Source: Gemmatimonadales bacterium (lineage in GTDB: Bacteria > Gemmatimonadota > Gemmatimonadetes > Gemmatimonadales > GWC2-71-9). From it: a stretch of DNA of 44,087 bases. Location: assembly GCA_040877595.1 (NCBI GenBank), contig JBBDNM010000073.1, forward strand, positions 1 to 44,087, written 5' to 3'. The notes beneath the pieces are model-generated. The model was not told where the DNA came from. It saw nothing but the letters and a program-made list of their open reading frames with translations, and did no database searches. Positions 35,028 through 42,604 of this stretch are shown piece by piece. A program made the translations under genes and the position numbers. Position 1 is the first letter of the stretch. Each line of letters opens with the position of its first letter.

Positions 35028-37055
35028 ATGAGCGACCAACATCAGCCGTATATCCCGGCCTCGCAATCCCTGCCCGAAATCACGATCAAGGCCGTCCTGC
35101 TGGGTGGCATCTTGTCGGCCGTCCTTGGCGGGGCGAACGCGTATCTGGGGCTCAAGGTGGGCCTCACGGTCTCCGCGTCCATACCGGCGGCCGTGCTGTC
35201 GATGGCCATCTTCCGGATGTTCCGCAATTCGAACATCCTGGAGAACAACGTGGTGCAGACCGCCGCGTCGGCCGGCGAATCGCTGGCGGCAGGCGTGATC
35301 TTCACCATTCCGGCCCTGGTCCTGCTGCAGCACTGGGCGGGGTTCCATTACGGCTACACCATGATGATCGCCATGGCGGGCGGCATCCTGGGCGTCATGT
35401 TCACAGTGCCGCTCCGGCGGGCCCTGATCATCGAGGCCAAGCTCCAGTTCCCGGAGGGCGTCGCCACCGGCGAGGTCCTCAAAGCGGGCACCGAAGGCGG
35501 CAAGGGCGCCAAGCTCATTGCCATCGCGGGCATCGCCGGTGGCCTGCTCAAGCTGTCGCAGACCGGGTTCAAGCTGGTGGCCGGCACGGCGTCTGGATCG
35601 GTCACGGTCGGCCGCGGCTTGTTCGGCATGGGCAGCGAACTGGGTGTCGCCCTGCTCGGCGTGGGCTATATCGTGGGCCTCAACATCGCGGTCCTGGTGT
35701 TTGGCGGCGGGCTCATCTCGTGGGCGTTCGGCATTCCCCTGTTCACCATGCTCAATTCGCCCGAGCGGATCCAGGCCATTGCCGGCGATGCGCAGGGCTA
35801 CGACCTGGCGCTCACCATCTGGAGCCGCCAGATCCGCTACATGGGTGTCGGTGCCATGGCGACCGGTGGTCTCTGGGCCCTCATCGCGCTCATGACGCCG
35901 ATTCGCGACGGCATTCGCTCGTCCCTTGAGACGTTGCGCGCCGCGAAGACAGGCCAGGCGACCGATGTGCCGCGTACCGAGCGCGACACGCCGCTCAACG
36001 TGTTGCTCATTCTCGCCGGTGTCATGGCCCTGCCGATCTTCTTTGTCATGATGCAGGTGATTGATCAGGCGGCGCTGGGCATTGCGGGCGGGTTGTACTG
36101 GACCACCATCCTGGTGTCGCTCGTGTTCGCCTATATCGCGGGATTCCTGTTCTCGGCCGTCGCTGGATATATGGCAGGGTTGGTCGGTTCGTCGAACAAC
36201 CCGATTTCGGGTGTCACGATTGCCACCGTGCTGTCCATCTCGTTCATCCTGCTGTTCCTGCTCCGGGGTCAGATTGACTTTGGTGTGGATACCGCGCGCA
36301 GCACCCTGGCGGCCGCCACGGCGATTCTGGTCGGCGCCGTCGTGTGCTGTGCCGCCGCGATTGCTGGCGACAACCTGCAGGACCTCAAGGCCGGCCGCAT
36401 TGTGGGCGCCACCCCTTGGAAGCAGCAGACGATGCAGATCGTGGGTGTGGTGGCGGGCGCGCTGGCGATACCGCTGGTGCTCAGCCTGTTGTACAACGCG
36501 TACGGCATGGGTGGCATGTTCCCGCGCGAGGGCATGGACCCGAGTGAGGCGCTGCAGGCACCGCAGGCCACGTTGATGGCGTCGGTCGCTAATGGCGTGT
36601 TCGCGCGGAACCTGCCGTGGACCATGATCTACATCGGTATCGCGATCGCGGTGGCCATCATCGCGCTGGATCAGGTACTCAAGGCGCGCCGTTCGTCGTT
36701 CCGCACGCCGGTGCTGGCGGTGGCGGTCGGTATCTACCTGCCGATCGAACTCTCGACACCGATCTTCGTGGGCGGTGTCATCGCGTGGTTGGCCGAGCGG
36801 GCGTTGCGTGCGCGCGGAGCCGATCAGGCTCGCATCGAGGCGGGTGGTCGGAACGGCCTGTTGTTCGCGTCGGGTCTGATCACGGGTGAGGCGCTGGTCG
36901 GAATCATGCTGGCGATTCCGTTCGCGGCCGCACAGAGCACGGCTGTGCTGCGGGTGGCGCCCGTGGAGGGCTTCACCACCATCGCGATGGGCCTGGGGCT
37001 CGTGCTGTTCGGCGTGTTCACGTGGTGGACCTATCGCGTGGCGGCCAAGGGATAG
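35028..37055 (+). CDS. OPT-family oligopeptide transporter
   Basis: EITIKA, NAYLGLKVG, ENNVVQT, FPEG, SNNPISG, DNLQDLKAG and APQATLM; many TM helices. Confidence 0.95.
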   Translation: MSDQHQPYIPASQSLPEITIKAVLLGGILSAVLGGANAYLGLKVGLTVSASIPAAVLSMAIFRMFRNSNILENNVVQTAASAGESLAAGVIFTIPALVLLQHWAGFHYGYTMMIAMAGGILGVMFTVPLRRALIIEAKLQFPEGVATGEVLKAGTEGGKGAKLIAIAGIAGGLLKLSQTGFKLVAGTASGSVTVGRGLFGMGSELGVALLGVGYIVGLNIAVLVFGGGLISWAFGIPLFTMLNSPERIQAIAGDAQGYDLALTIWSRQIRYMGVGAMATGGLWALIALMTPIRDGIRSSLETLRAAKTGQATDVPRTERDTPLNVLLILAGVMALPIFFVMMQVIDQAALGIAGGLYWTTILVSLVFAYIAGFLFSAVAGYMAGLVGSSNNPISGVTIATVLSISFILLFLLRGQIDFGVDTARSTLAAATAILVGAVVCCAAAIAGDNLQDLKAGRIVGATPWKQQTMQIVGVVAGALAIPLVLSLLYNAYGMGGMFPREGMDPSEALQAPQATLMASVANGVFARNLPWTMIYIGIAIAVAIIALDQVLKARRSSFRTPVLAVAVGIYLPIELSTPIFVGGVIAWLAERALRARGADQARIEAGGRNGLLFASGLITGEALVGIMLAIPFAAAQSTAVLRVAPVEGFTTIAMGLGLVLFGVFTWWTYRVAAKG

Positions 37056-37060
37056 GGACC

Positions 37061-38206
37061 CTACGCCAGCACGGCCTTCGCGATGGTCTGGAGTTGCATG
37101 TTGTTGGTGCCTTCGTAGATCTGGCCCACCTTGGCATCGCGATAGAACTTCTCGACCGGGTACTCCTTGGTGTACCCGTTGCCGCCCAGCAGCTCGATCG
37201 CCATGCTGGTGATGCGCTCGGCGGCCCGTGAGGCGTACAGTTTGGACATGCCGCCTTCCGTGGTGTGCGGCAGCCCCGCATCCTTGAGTCGGGCGGCGTT
37301 CCACGTGAGCAGCCGCGCGGCTTCCAGGTCCGTGGCCATTTCGGCCAACTGGAACTGCACGCCCTGGAACTCGCCGATGGCTTTCCCGAACTGTTTCCGT
37401 TCCTTCACGTAGGCGCGCGCGCAATCGTAGGCGCCTCGCGCGATGCCGAGCATCTGGGCGCCGATGCCCACGCGCCCGCCGTTCAGCGTTTCAATGGCCA
37501 CCTTGTAGCCTTTGCCGACCTCGCCGACCACATTCTCGGCGGGCACTTCGACGTCCTGCAGGATCAACTCGGTGGTGCTGGACGCCCGGATACCGAGTTT
37601 GTCTTCTTTCTTGCCGACCGCGAACCCCTTCTGTTGGCGTTCGACCAGGAACGCCGTGATGCCACGATAGCCCTGACTCGGATCGACGTTGGCGAACACG
37701 ATGTAGATCTCGGCCTCGGCGCCATTCGTGATCCAGAGTTTCTGGCCGGTCAAGACGTAGTGGTCGCCCTTCTTGACGGCGCGCGTTTCGAGCGCAAAGG
37801 CGTCGGAACCGGAATTGGCTTCAGAGAGGGCGTAGGCGCCGAGCGCGCCGGCGGCGAGGCGGGGCAGGAAGCGGGTCTTGACGTCGTCATTGGCCCAGGC
37901 CATGAGCGCGTCGCACATCAGCGTGTTGTGCACGTCCACCATGACCGAGGCGCTGCCGTCCACGGCAGCCAATTCTTCGATGGCGAGCGCGCTCATGAAG
38001 AACGTGCCGCCGGCGCCGCCGTACTGTTCCGGGACGTTGATGCCCATGAGCCCGAGCTCGGCAAACTTGGGGATCAGCGACAGGTCGAACTGCGCCGTTG
38101 CGTCCATGTCGCGGACCTTCGGGCCCACCTCCGCGATGGCGAAGTCGCGGACGGCGTCGCGGAACATGGATTCGTCTTCGGAGAGGACGGTCAGGGGGGT
38201 GGTCAT
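37061..38206 (-). CDS. Acyl-CoA dehydrogenase (short/branched-chain type)
   Basis: ALSEANSGSD, KLWITN, KLGIRASST, RKQFG, GGNGY and IYEGT. AAAGGGA SD before ATG 38206. Confidence 0.95.
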   Translation of the reverse strand: MTTPLTVLSEDESMFRDAVRDFAIAEVGPKVRDMDATAQFDLSLIPKFAELGLMGINVPEQYGGAGGTFFMSALAIEELAAVDGSASVMVDVHNTLMCDALMAWANDDVKTRFLPRLAAGALGAYALSEANSGSDAFALETRAVKKGDHYVLTGQKLWITNGAEAEIYIVFANVDPSQGYRGITAFLVERQQKGFAVGKKEDKLGIRASSTTELILQDVEVPAENVVGEVGKGYKVAIETLNGGRVGIGAQMLGIARGAYDCARAYVKERKQFGKAIGEFQGVQFQLAEMATDLEAARLLTWNAARLKDAGLPHTTEGGMSKLYASRAAERITSMAIELLGGNGYTKEYPVEKFYRDAKVGQIYEGTNNMQLQTIAKAVLA

Positions 38207-38238
38207 GTCATGATCCCTTTGGCTGGCCAAATCTAGTC

Positions 38239-38325
38239 CCGGGAGCGGGGAGCAGGGAGCGGGGAGCGGGAAAAGCCACTACGACGGGGAGCTGGGAGCG
38301 GGGAACGGGGAGCGGGAAAGCCACA
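38239..38325. repeat. Left heptamer array: two blocks of (GGGAGCG)x4, each followed by GGAAA(A)GCCAC
   Basis: Blocks at 38241-38280 and 38287-38325 (46-bp higher-order duplication). Confidence 0.93.
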
Positions 38326-38376
38326 AACGGCGTCATTCTGGTACAGCAACTCGCACAGGGCGCGGTATGGTAGGTT

Positions 38377-38730
38377 ATGGACAAGTACCGGTCGTTGGTC
38401 GCCTGGCAGTACGCCCATCAGGCGCTCTTGCTTGGGCTGCCGCTCTGTGAAGAAGCTCGAACACATGTCCGCTCGTGGCTGATCGACCAGCTTGGCCGAG
38501 CACTGGTGTCTATCGAAGCGAATATCGTGGAGGGCTACGCTCTGGGTTCGACAGCCCAGTTCAAGCGGCACCTGGTCATTGCGCGAGGATCTGGTTCGGA
38601 GGCTGAGACGCTCTTGCGAGGCGCTGTTGAGTTGACGTGGGTAGACGCCGGTCGTGCCGCTGCGGTACTGCAGGCGCTTGATCGAACATTGGGCGCCATC
38701 CATGGTCTCATTCGCAAGCTATCCAACTAG
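38377..38730 (+). CDS. Four-helix-bundle protein (TIGR02436 / 23S rRNA IVS protein / bAvd-like superfamily)
   Basis: YRSLVAWQ, DQLGRALVSIEANIVEG, F.RHL.IARGS..E and GLIRKL; 117 aa. Confidence 0.9.
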   Translation: MDKYRSLVAWQYAHQALLLGLPLCEEARTHVRSWLIDQLGRALVSIEANIVEGYALGSTAQFKRHLVIARGSGSEAETLLRGAVELTWVDAGRAAAVLQALDRTLGAIHGLIRKLSN

Positions 38731-38732
38731 GT

Positions 38733-38802
38733 CTTCCCGCTTCCTGCTCCCTGCTCCCCGTCCGGGGCTTCCCGCTCCCCGCTCCCCGCTTTCTGCTCCC
38801 CG
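38733..38802. repeat. Right heptamer array (CTCCCCG)-type, ten contiguous 7-nt phases, inverted relative to the left array
   Basis: cttcccg cttcctg ctccctg ctccccg tccgggg cttcccg ctccccg ctccccg ctttctg ctccccg; ends flush against the pilX-like stop codon. Confidence 0.93.
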
Positions 38803-39873
38803 TCAATACGTCGCCCAGTTGTCCACGAAGGCATTATCGATTGGGGCGAAGCCCGTGAGGCCCGACATGGCGGCGTCAATGTTGCACTGGTTGTAGCGGA
38901 TTTGCACCGTGTGCGATGTCGTGAGGTTGCTCCGGGCCCCGCCGAGGTTCCCCACTTGGCTGTAGAGGCCGCTTACGAGCATCCCATAAATGTATGAACC
39001 GATGAAGCCACCCTCAAAATCGATATCCTCACCCACCAGGACGACCCCGCTCCAAATGATCCAGCTTCGGATTCGTAGCCGCCCCGTCACAATCAGCAGT
39101 CCAGATCCATAGATACCGGACAGGATCCCGGTGCCAGTCGTGTAGTCACCACTGACAATCGTAATGCTCGACTGATCGCTGTATTGAGGATAGATCGTCG
39201 GGGTCGGGCTGTCCTCCTTGATCCCGCCGTCGAGAATGGACTGCCAGTCGATTTTCGAGGAATCGGCGAGCCCGGCCTCGCTGAGGTTCTCGTTCGGGCT
39301 GCCGGACGTCGCAATAGTCTTTCCAGACGGTCCGGTGACGGAGGCCGCGCGGAGACCGGCGGTCGTCGGGGAGCCACCACACTGGTTGAAGCCATCCACG
39401 GTGACGGGCAGGGGGCCCGGGGGGCCTCCGGGCTTCTGGATACCATCGGCAGCCACCCAGGCAGCGCGCACACGTATCGTCCCCGTTTGCCACTCCGCAA
39501 ACTGTGCTACCGTCCGCTGAGCGCGCGGCACACTCCCCGTTCCCGCGTCAATCACGTAGCCCGTTGACCGCACGATCCACGTCTGGCTCGCCATGGTGTC
39601 AGCCGGATTCTGAACAATGGTGGCCGTCACGATGGCGTAGCCGCCGGTCACGTACATCGTGTCAACGATCCCGTCGGCAGGGCGGGTCGCCTGGGCCTCG
39701 AGGAATAGATGCAGCCCGCTACGCGCCACGGACAGGGCTTCGCTGCTCACCTCCTGCCCTTCGGCCACTTGACGATCCGCCCGCACACGAACGAAGCCCG
39801 AGGTGAGCATCACGGTGATGAGTGCCACCAACAGCACCACCATGGGGATCGCGAAGCCGCGGTCGTCGCGCAT
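38803..39873 (-). CDS. PilX/GspK-like minor pilin with large C-terminal domain
   Basis: Class III signal RG|FAIPM lacking Glu5, 'ALSVARSG' and 'IVRSTG'; last gene of the minor-pilin cluster. Confidence 0.8.
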   Translation of the reverse strand: MRDDRGFAIPMVVLLVALITVMLTSGFVRVRADRQVAEGQEVSSEALSVARSGLHLFLEAQATRPADGIVDTMYVTGGYAIVTATIVQNPADTMASQTWIVRSTGYVIDAGTGSVPRAQRTVAQFAEWQTGTIRVRAAWVAADGIQKPGGPPGPLPVTVDGFNQCGGSPTTAGLRAASVTGPSGKTIATSGSPNENLSEAGLADSSKIDWQSILDGGIKEDSPTPTIYPQYSDQSSITIVSGDYTTGTGILSGIYGSGLLIVTGRLRIRSWIIWSGVVLVGEDIDFEGGFIGSYIYGMLVSGLYSQVGNLGGARSNLTTSHTVQIRYNQCNIDAAMSGLTGFAPIDNAFVDNWATY

Positions 39874-40694
39874 CAGTCGAGCGGCTTGTTGCCGAGCCGC
39901 ACGCGCGGCCGGAGGTCGTACGTGATGGGCGCCGTGCGACCGGATGGTGTGACAGAACTCTCAGCGATAAGGCGCAATTCGAATCCTGTGACGGTGTTGA
40001 GGTTCGATGGCACTGTGGTGGTCAACGTGAGCCGCGAGCCTGTAAGATAGGCGAATCCTGCTGTGCTGGCGAATGGCGCCAAGAGTTCCTCCGCCGTCCC
40101 GCCTGACACACGGTACAGTGCGCGTCGTCCGGGCAGCACGCCCGAGGTGGCAAAGCGATACGTCACCGTCTCGTAGAGATACATCAGCCCGCCCGCGTTG
40201 GCCGACGACAGGACGCTGGACGGTGAGAGCGCGATCAGCGCGCCGCCAGTGACGACGCGAATACTGTCGCTGGTGCACGCGGACGTGGCCGCCGACGCAG
40301 CCACCGTGACCGATCCCGCAGGACGGAAACCGCCTCCAGTGCGCCAGGCGACACCCGGACTGACGGCATTGTCCCACGCCGCGGAATCGTACGGCAGGAC
40401 GCTGGCAATGCGCGCCCCCCCACTCACTCCGCACAACATGCCGAATGCGTAGGGCACCCGCACGGTGATACTATCGAACGCGACGCGAACCACCCCACTG
40501 TCCGACACCATGCGCAGTTCCGTCGCCAGCAGGTTCATGGCCTGCCGCGACGTCTGCCGCGCTTCCATGAGCGCTTCCTGCTCGCCCACATAGCGCGACT
40601 GATTGATGGTCAATCGCACCAAGGCGCCACCCAGGATGCCCATGACCGCCATGGTGACCAGTAACTCGACCAGGGTGAATCCGCGGCGTGTCAT
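39873..40694 (-). CDS. PilW-like minor pilin
   Basis: RRG|FTLVELLV prepilin motif, 'ELRM' helix end and a Cys pair. Confidence 0.85.
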   Translation of the reverse strand: MTRRGFTLVELLVTMAVMGILGGALVRLTINQSRYVGEQEALMEARQTSRQAMNLLATELRMVSDSGVVRVAFDSITVRVPYAFGMLCGVSGGARIASVLPYDSAAWDNAVSPGVAWRTGGGFRPAGSVTVAASAATSACTSDSIRVVTGGALIALSPSSVLSSANAGGLMYLYETVTYRFATSGVLPGRRALYRVSGGTAEELLAPFASTAGFAYLTGSRLTLTTTVPSNLNTVTGFELRLIAESSVTPSGRTAPITYDLRPRVRLGNKPLD

Positions 40695-41086
40695 GGCCGG
40701 TACAACGGTGACGGCAGCAGGGGCTTGTGCCGCTGGACCGTGAGGGTCTCGGCCTTGAGCGTAAAGAGCGACGCTGGAGACACGATCACCCGCACCGTGC
40801 GGAGCGAGTTACTCACGGTGGTCAATTCGTAACACTGTGTGTAGGTGAAGGACGCGATACTGTCGTTGGCGCAACCCACCAGCGTGCTCAAGGAATCCCA
40901 GGCCGCTCCCTGCGCCTGGGAGGCCGCGGTTTCGAGAGCCGCGGCACGTGCCGTGGCATAGCCCGCATACCGCCCTTGCCGCGCCATCTGCCACATCAGG
41001 CCTGACAATGCCAAGAGCGTGGTGCTCAAGATGGCAATGGCGACCACGACCTCAACCAACGACACGCCCCGACGGTTACGAACCAC
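40691..41086 (-). CDS. PilV-like minor pilin
   Basis: RRG|VSLVEVVVAI. GTG at 41086 overlaps the end of the fimT-like gene. Confidence 0.8.
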   Translation of the reverse strand: MVRNRRGVSLVEVVVAIAILSTTLLALSGLMWQMARQGRYAGYATARAAALETAASQAQGAAWDSLSTLVGCANDSIASFTYTQCYELTTVSNSLRTVRVIVSPASLFTLKAETLTVQRHKPLLPSPLYRP

Positions 41087-41528
41087 TCGACACCCGAATC
41101 TGCCCGGCACGGGAAAGCGTAACGATGCGTGAATACGTATTGGTGGCCACGGTGATCGAGGCGGTGCCGCTGGTGATGCCGTTGGGGTAGAACTGAATGG
41201 CCGCGACACTCGACTTGAGCGTATCCACTCCGTAATCAGTCGCGCTCGTCATCGTGCGCGTGAGGTACACGGTGTCGGCGGCACGGGTCGTGATCTCGTA
41301 GGTGCGGGCCGTCGTGTTGATGTTGAGCACTATCGGCTTCCGTTCACGCGCTGCCAGGATCTGCGCGGTTTGCAAGTCGGCCGCGACAATGTTGGCCGCG
41401 GCCCGGACGCGCGACCGCTCAAACGCAGGTCCGAACCGGGTGTATGCCAAGCCGGTCATGATCCCGACGATGATCATCACGATCAGGATTTCAATGAAGC
41501 TGAACCCGGCGGTTCGGTGCACTCTCAT
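41076..41528 (-). CDS. FimT/GspH-like minor pilin
   Basis: G|FSFIEILIV, 'ADLQTAQ..A', IQFYPNG and LSRAGQIR. Confidence 0.85.
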   Translation of the reverse strand: MRVHRTAGFSFIEILIVMIIVGIMTGLAYTRFGPAFERSRVRAAANIVAADLQTAQILAARERKPIVLNINTTARTYEITTRAADTVYLTRTMTSATDYGVDTLKSSVAAIQFYPNGITSGTASITVATNTYSRIVTLSRAGQIRVSSGS

Positions 41529-41592
41529 GGCCTGCCAAACCTATCCTAAGTAATTGCCGCCTAGCAACTTCGCGGTATCTTTAGCCCCCGAT

Positions 41593-42603
41593 ATGGCCAC
41601 CAGCTCTGCTACCCGTTCCCGCCAATCCGCGGCGCCCATCGCGACCACGGCTGCGACGCACCGCAACCCGGGTATCCCCCTGGAACTCGACTGGGTGCGC
41701 GAAATCCGGGTCAACCGGTCGGCCGTCGAACGCCGGGCCGCCACCATCCCCAAGCGCCGCACGGTCAAGAAGTCGTGGCAGGCCGCCTGGCTGGCCCGCG
41801 CCGTCACGCTGATGGACCTGACCACCCTGTCCGGTGATGATACGCCCGGCACCGTGCGCCGACTGTGCGCCAAAGCACGACAACCCGTGCGGGCCGACCT
41901 GCTCGATGCGCTGGGCCTGGGCGGACGACCGTTCCATGTGGCCGCCGTGTGCGTGTACCACGAATTGGTGGCGACGGCCGTCGAGGCGCTGCGCGGAACC
42001 GACATCCCCGTAGCCGCGGTGGCCGCCGGGTTCCCGCACGGCCTGTCCCCGTTTTCGCAGCGCGTCGCCGAGATTCGGGCGAGCGTGGCCCTGGGCGCGC
42101 GCGAGATTGACATCGTCATCACGCGCGGGCACGTGCTCACGGGCAACTGGGAAGCGCTCTACAACGAGGTGCGGGCGTTTCGCGAAGCCTGCGGCTCAGC
42201 GCATTTCAAGACGATCCTGGCCACCGGCGAACTCGCCACCCTCAGTAATGTGGCGCGCGCGAGCATGGTGGCGATGATGGCCGGCGCCGACTTCGTGAAG
42301 ACGTCCACCGGCAAGGAATCGGTGAATGCGACGCTGCCGGTGGGGCTCGTCATGGCGCGCGCCGTGCGGGCCTATCACGAACGCACCGGCCATGTCGTGG
42401 GCTTCAAGCCGGCCGGCGGGATCCGCAAGGCCAAGGATGCCCTCGACTGGATGCTGCTGATGAAGGACGAGCTGGGCACCGCATGGCTCACCCCGGAGCG
42501 GTTCCGCTTCGGCGCCAGCACACTGCTCTCCGATATCGAGCGGCAGCTCGAGTACTTCGTGACCGGCCGCTACTCGGCGACCCACCGCCACCCCATGGCC
42601 TGA
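41593..42603 (+). CDS. deoC: Deoxyribose-phosphate aldolase (long type)
   Basis: DLTTLSGDDT, AAVCVY, GFP.G, EIDIVI, KTILATGEL, DFVKTSTGK, GFKPAGGI and FRFGAS. Confidence 0.95.
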   Translation: MATSSATRSRQSAAPIATTAATHRNPGIPLELDWVREIRVNRSAVERRAATIPKRRTVKKSWQAAWLARAVTLMDLTTLSGDDTPGTVRRLCAKARQPVRADLLDALGLGGRPFHVAAVCVYHELVATAVEALRGTDIPVAAVAAGFPHGLSPFSQRVAEIRASVALGAREIDIVITRGHVLTGNWEALYNEVRAFREACGSAHFKTILATGELATLSNVARASMVAMMAGADFVKTSTGKESVNATLPVGLVMARAVRAYHERTGHVVGFKPAGGIRKAKDALDWMLLMKDELGTAWLTPERFRFGASTLLSDIERQLEYFVTGRYSATHRHPMA

Positions 42604-42604
42604 C

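Noticed and set aside
34968-37424. 818-aa antisense ORF, and similar long shadow ORFs such as 28989-30788, 12885-14288 and 7753-9099
   Set aside because: They lie opposite well-supported genes, have low-information Arg/Ala/His-rich translations, and are expected from GC-rich codon bias.
38241-38325. Mini CRISPR array (two ~40-bp repeats)
   Set aside because: The repeats are themselves low-complexity heptamers separated by only about 6 nt, and there are no cas genes.
38339-38355. Sigma54 promoter (TGGTAC...TCGCA) upstream of the four-helix gene
   Set aside because: GG-to-GC spacing is 11 nt rather than the strict 10.
38233-38703. 156-aa minus-strand ORF across the cassette
   Set aside because: It is antisense to the recognisable four-helix gene, and its tail is just translated heptamer repeat (PRSPLPAPR).
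38239-38802. 23S rRNA intervening sequence
   Set aside because: The flanks are protein-coding genes, and there is no rRNA sequence in the window.
38377-39873. Diversity-generating retroelement (Avd-like gene next to a pilin-tip target)
   Set aside because: No reverse transcriptase in the window, and I found no template/variable repeat pair differing at adenines.
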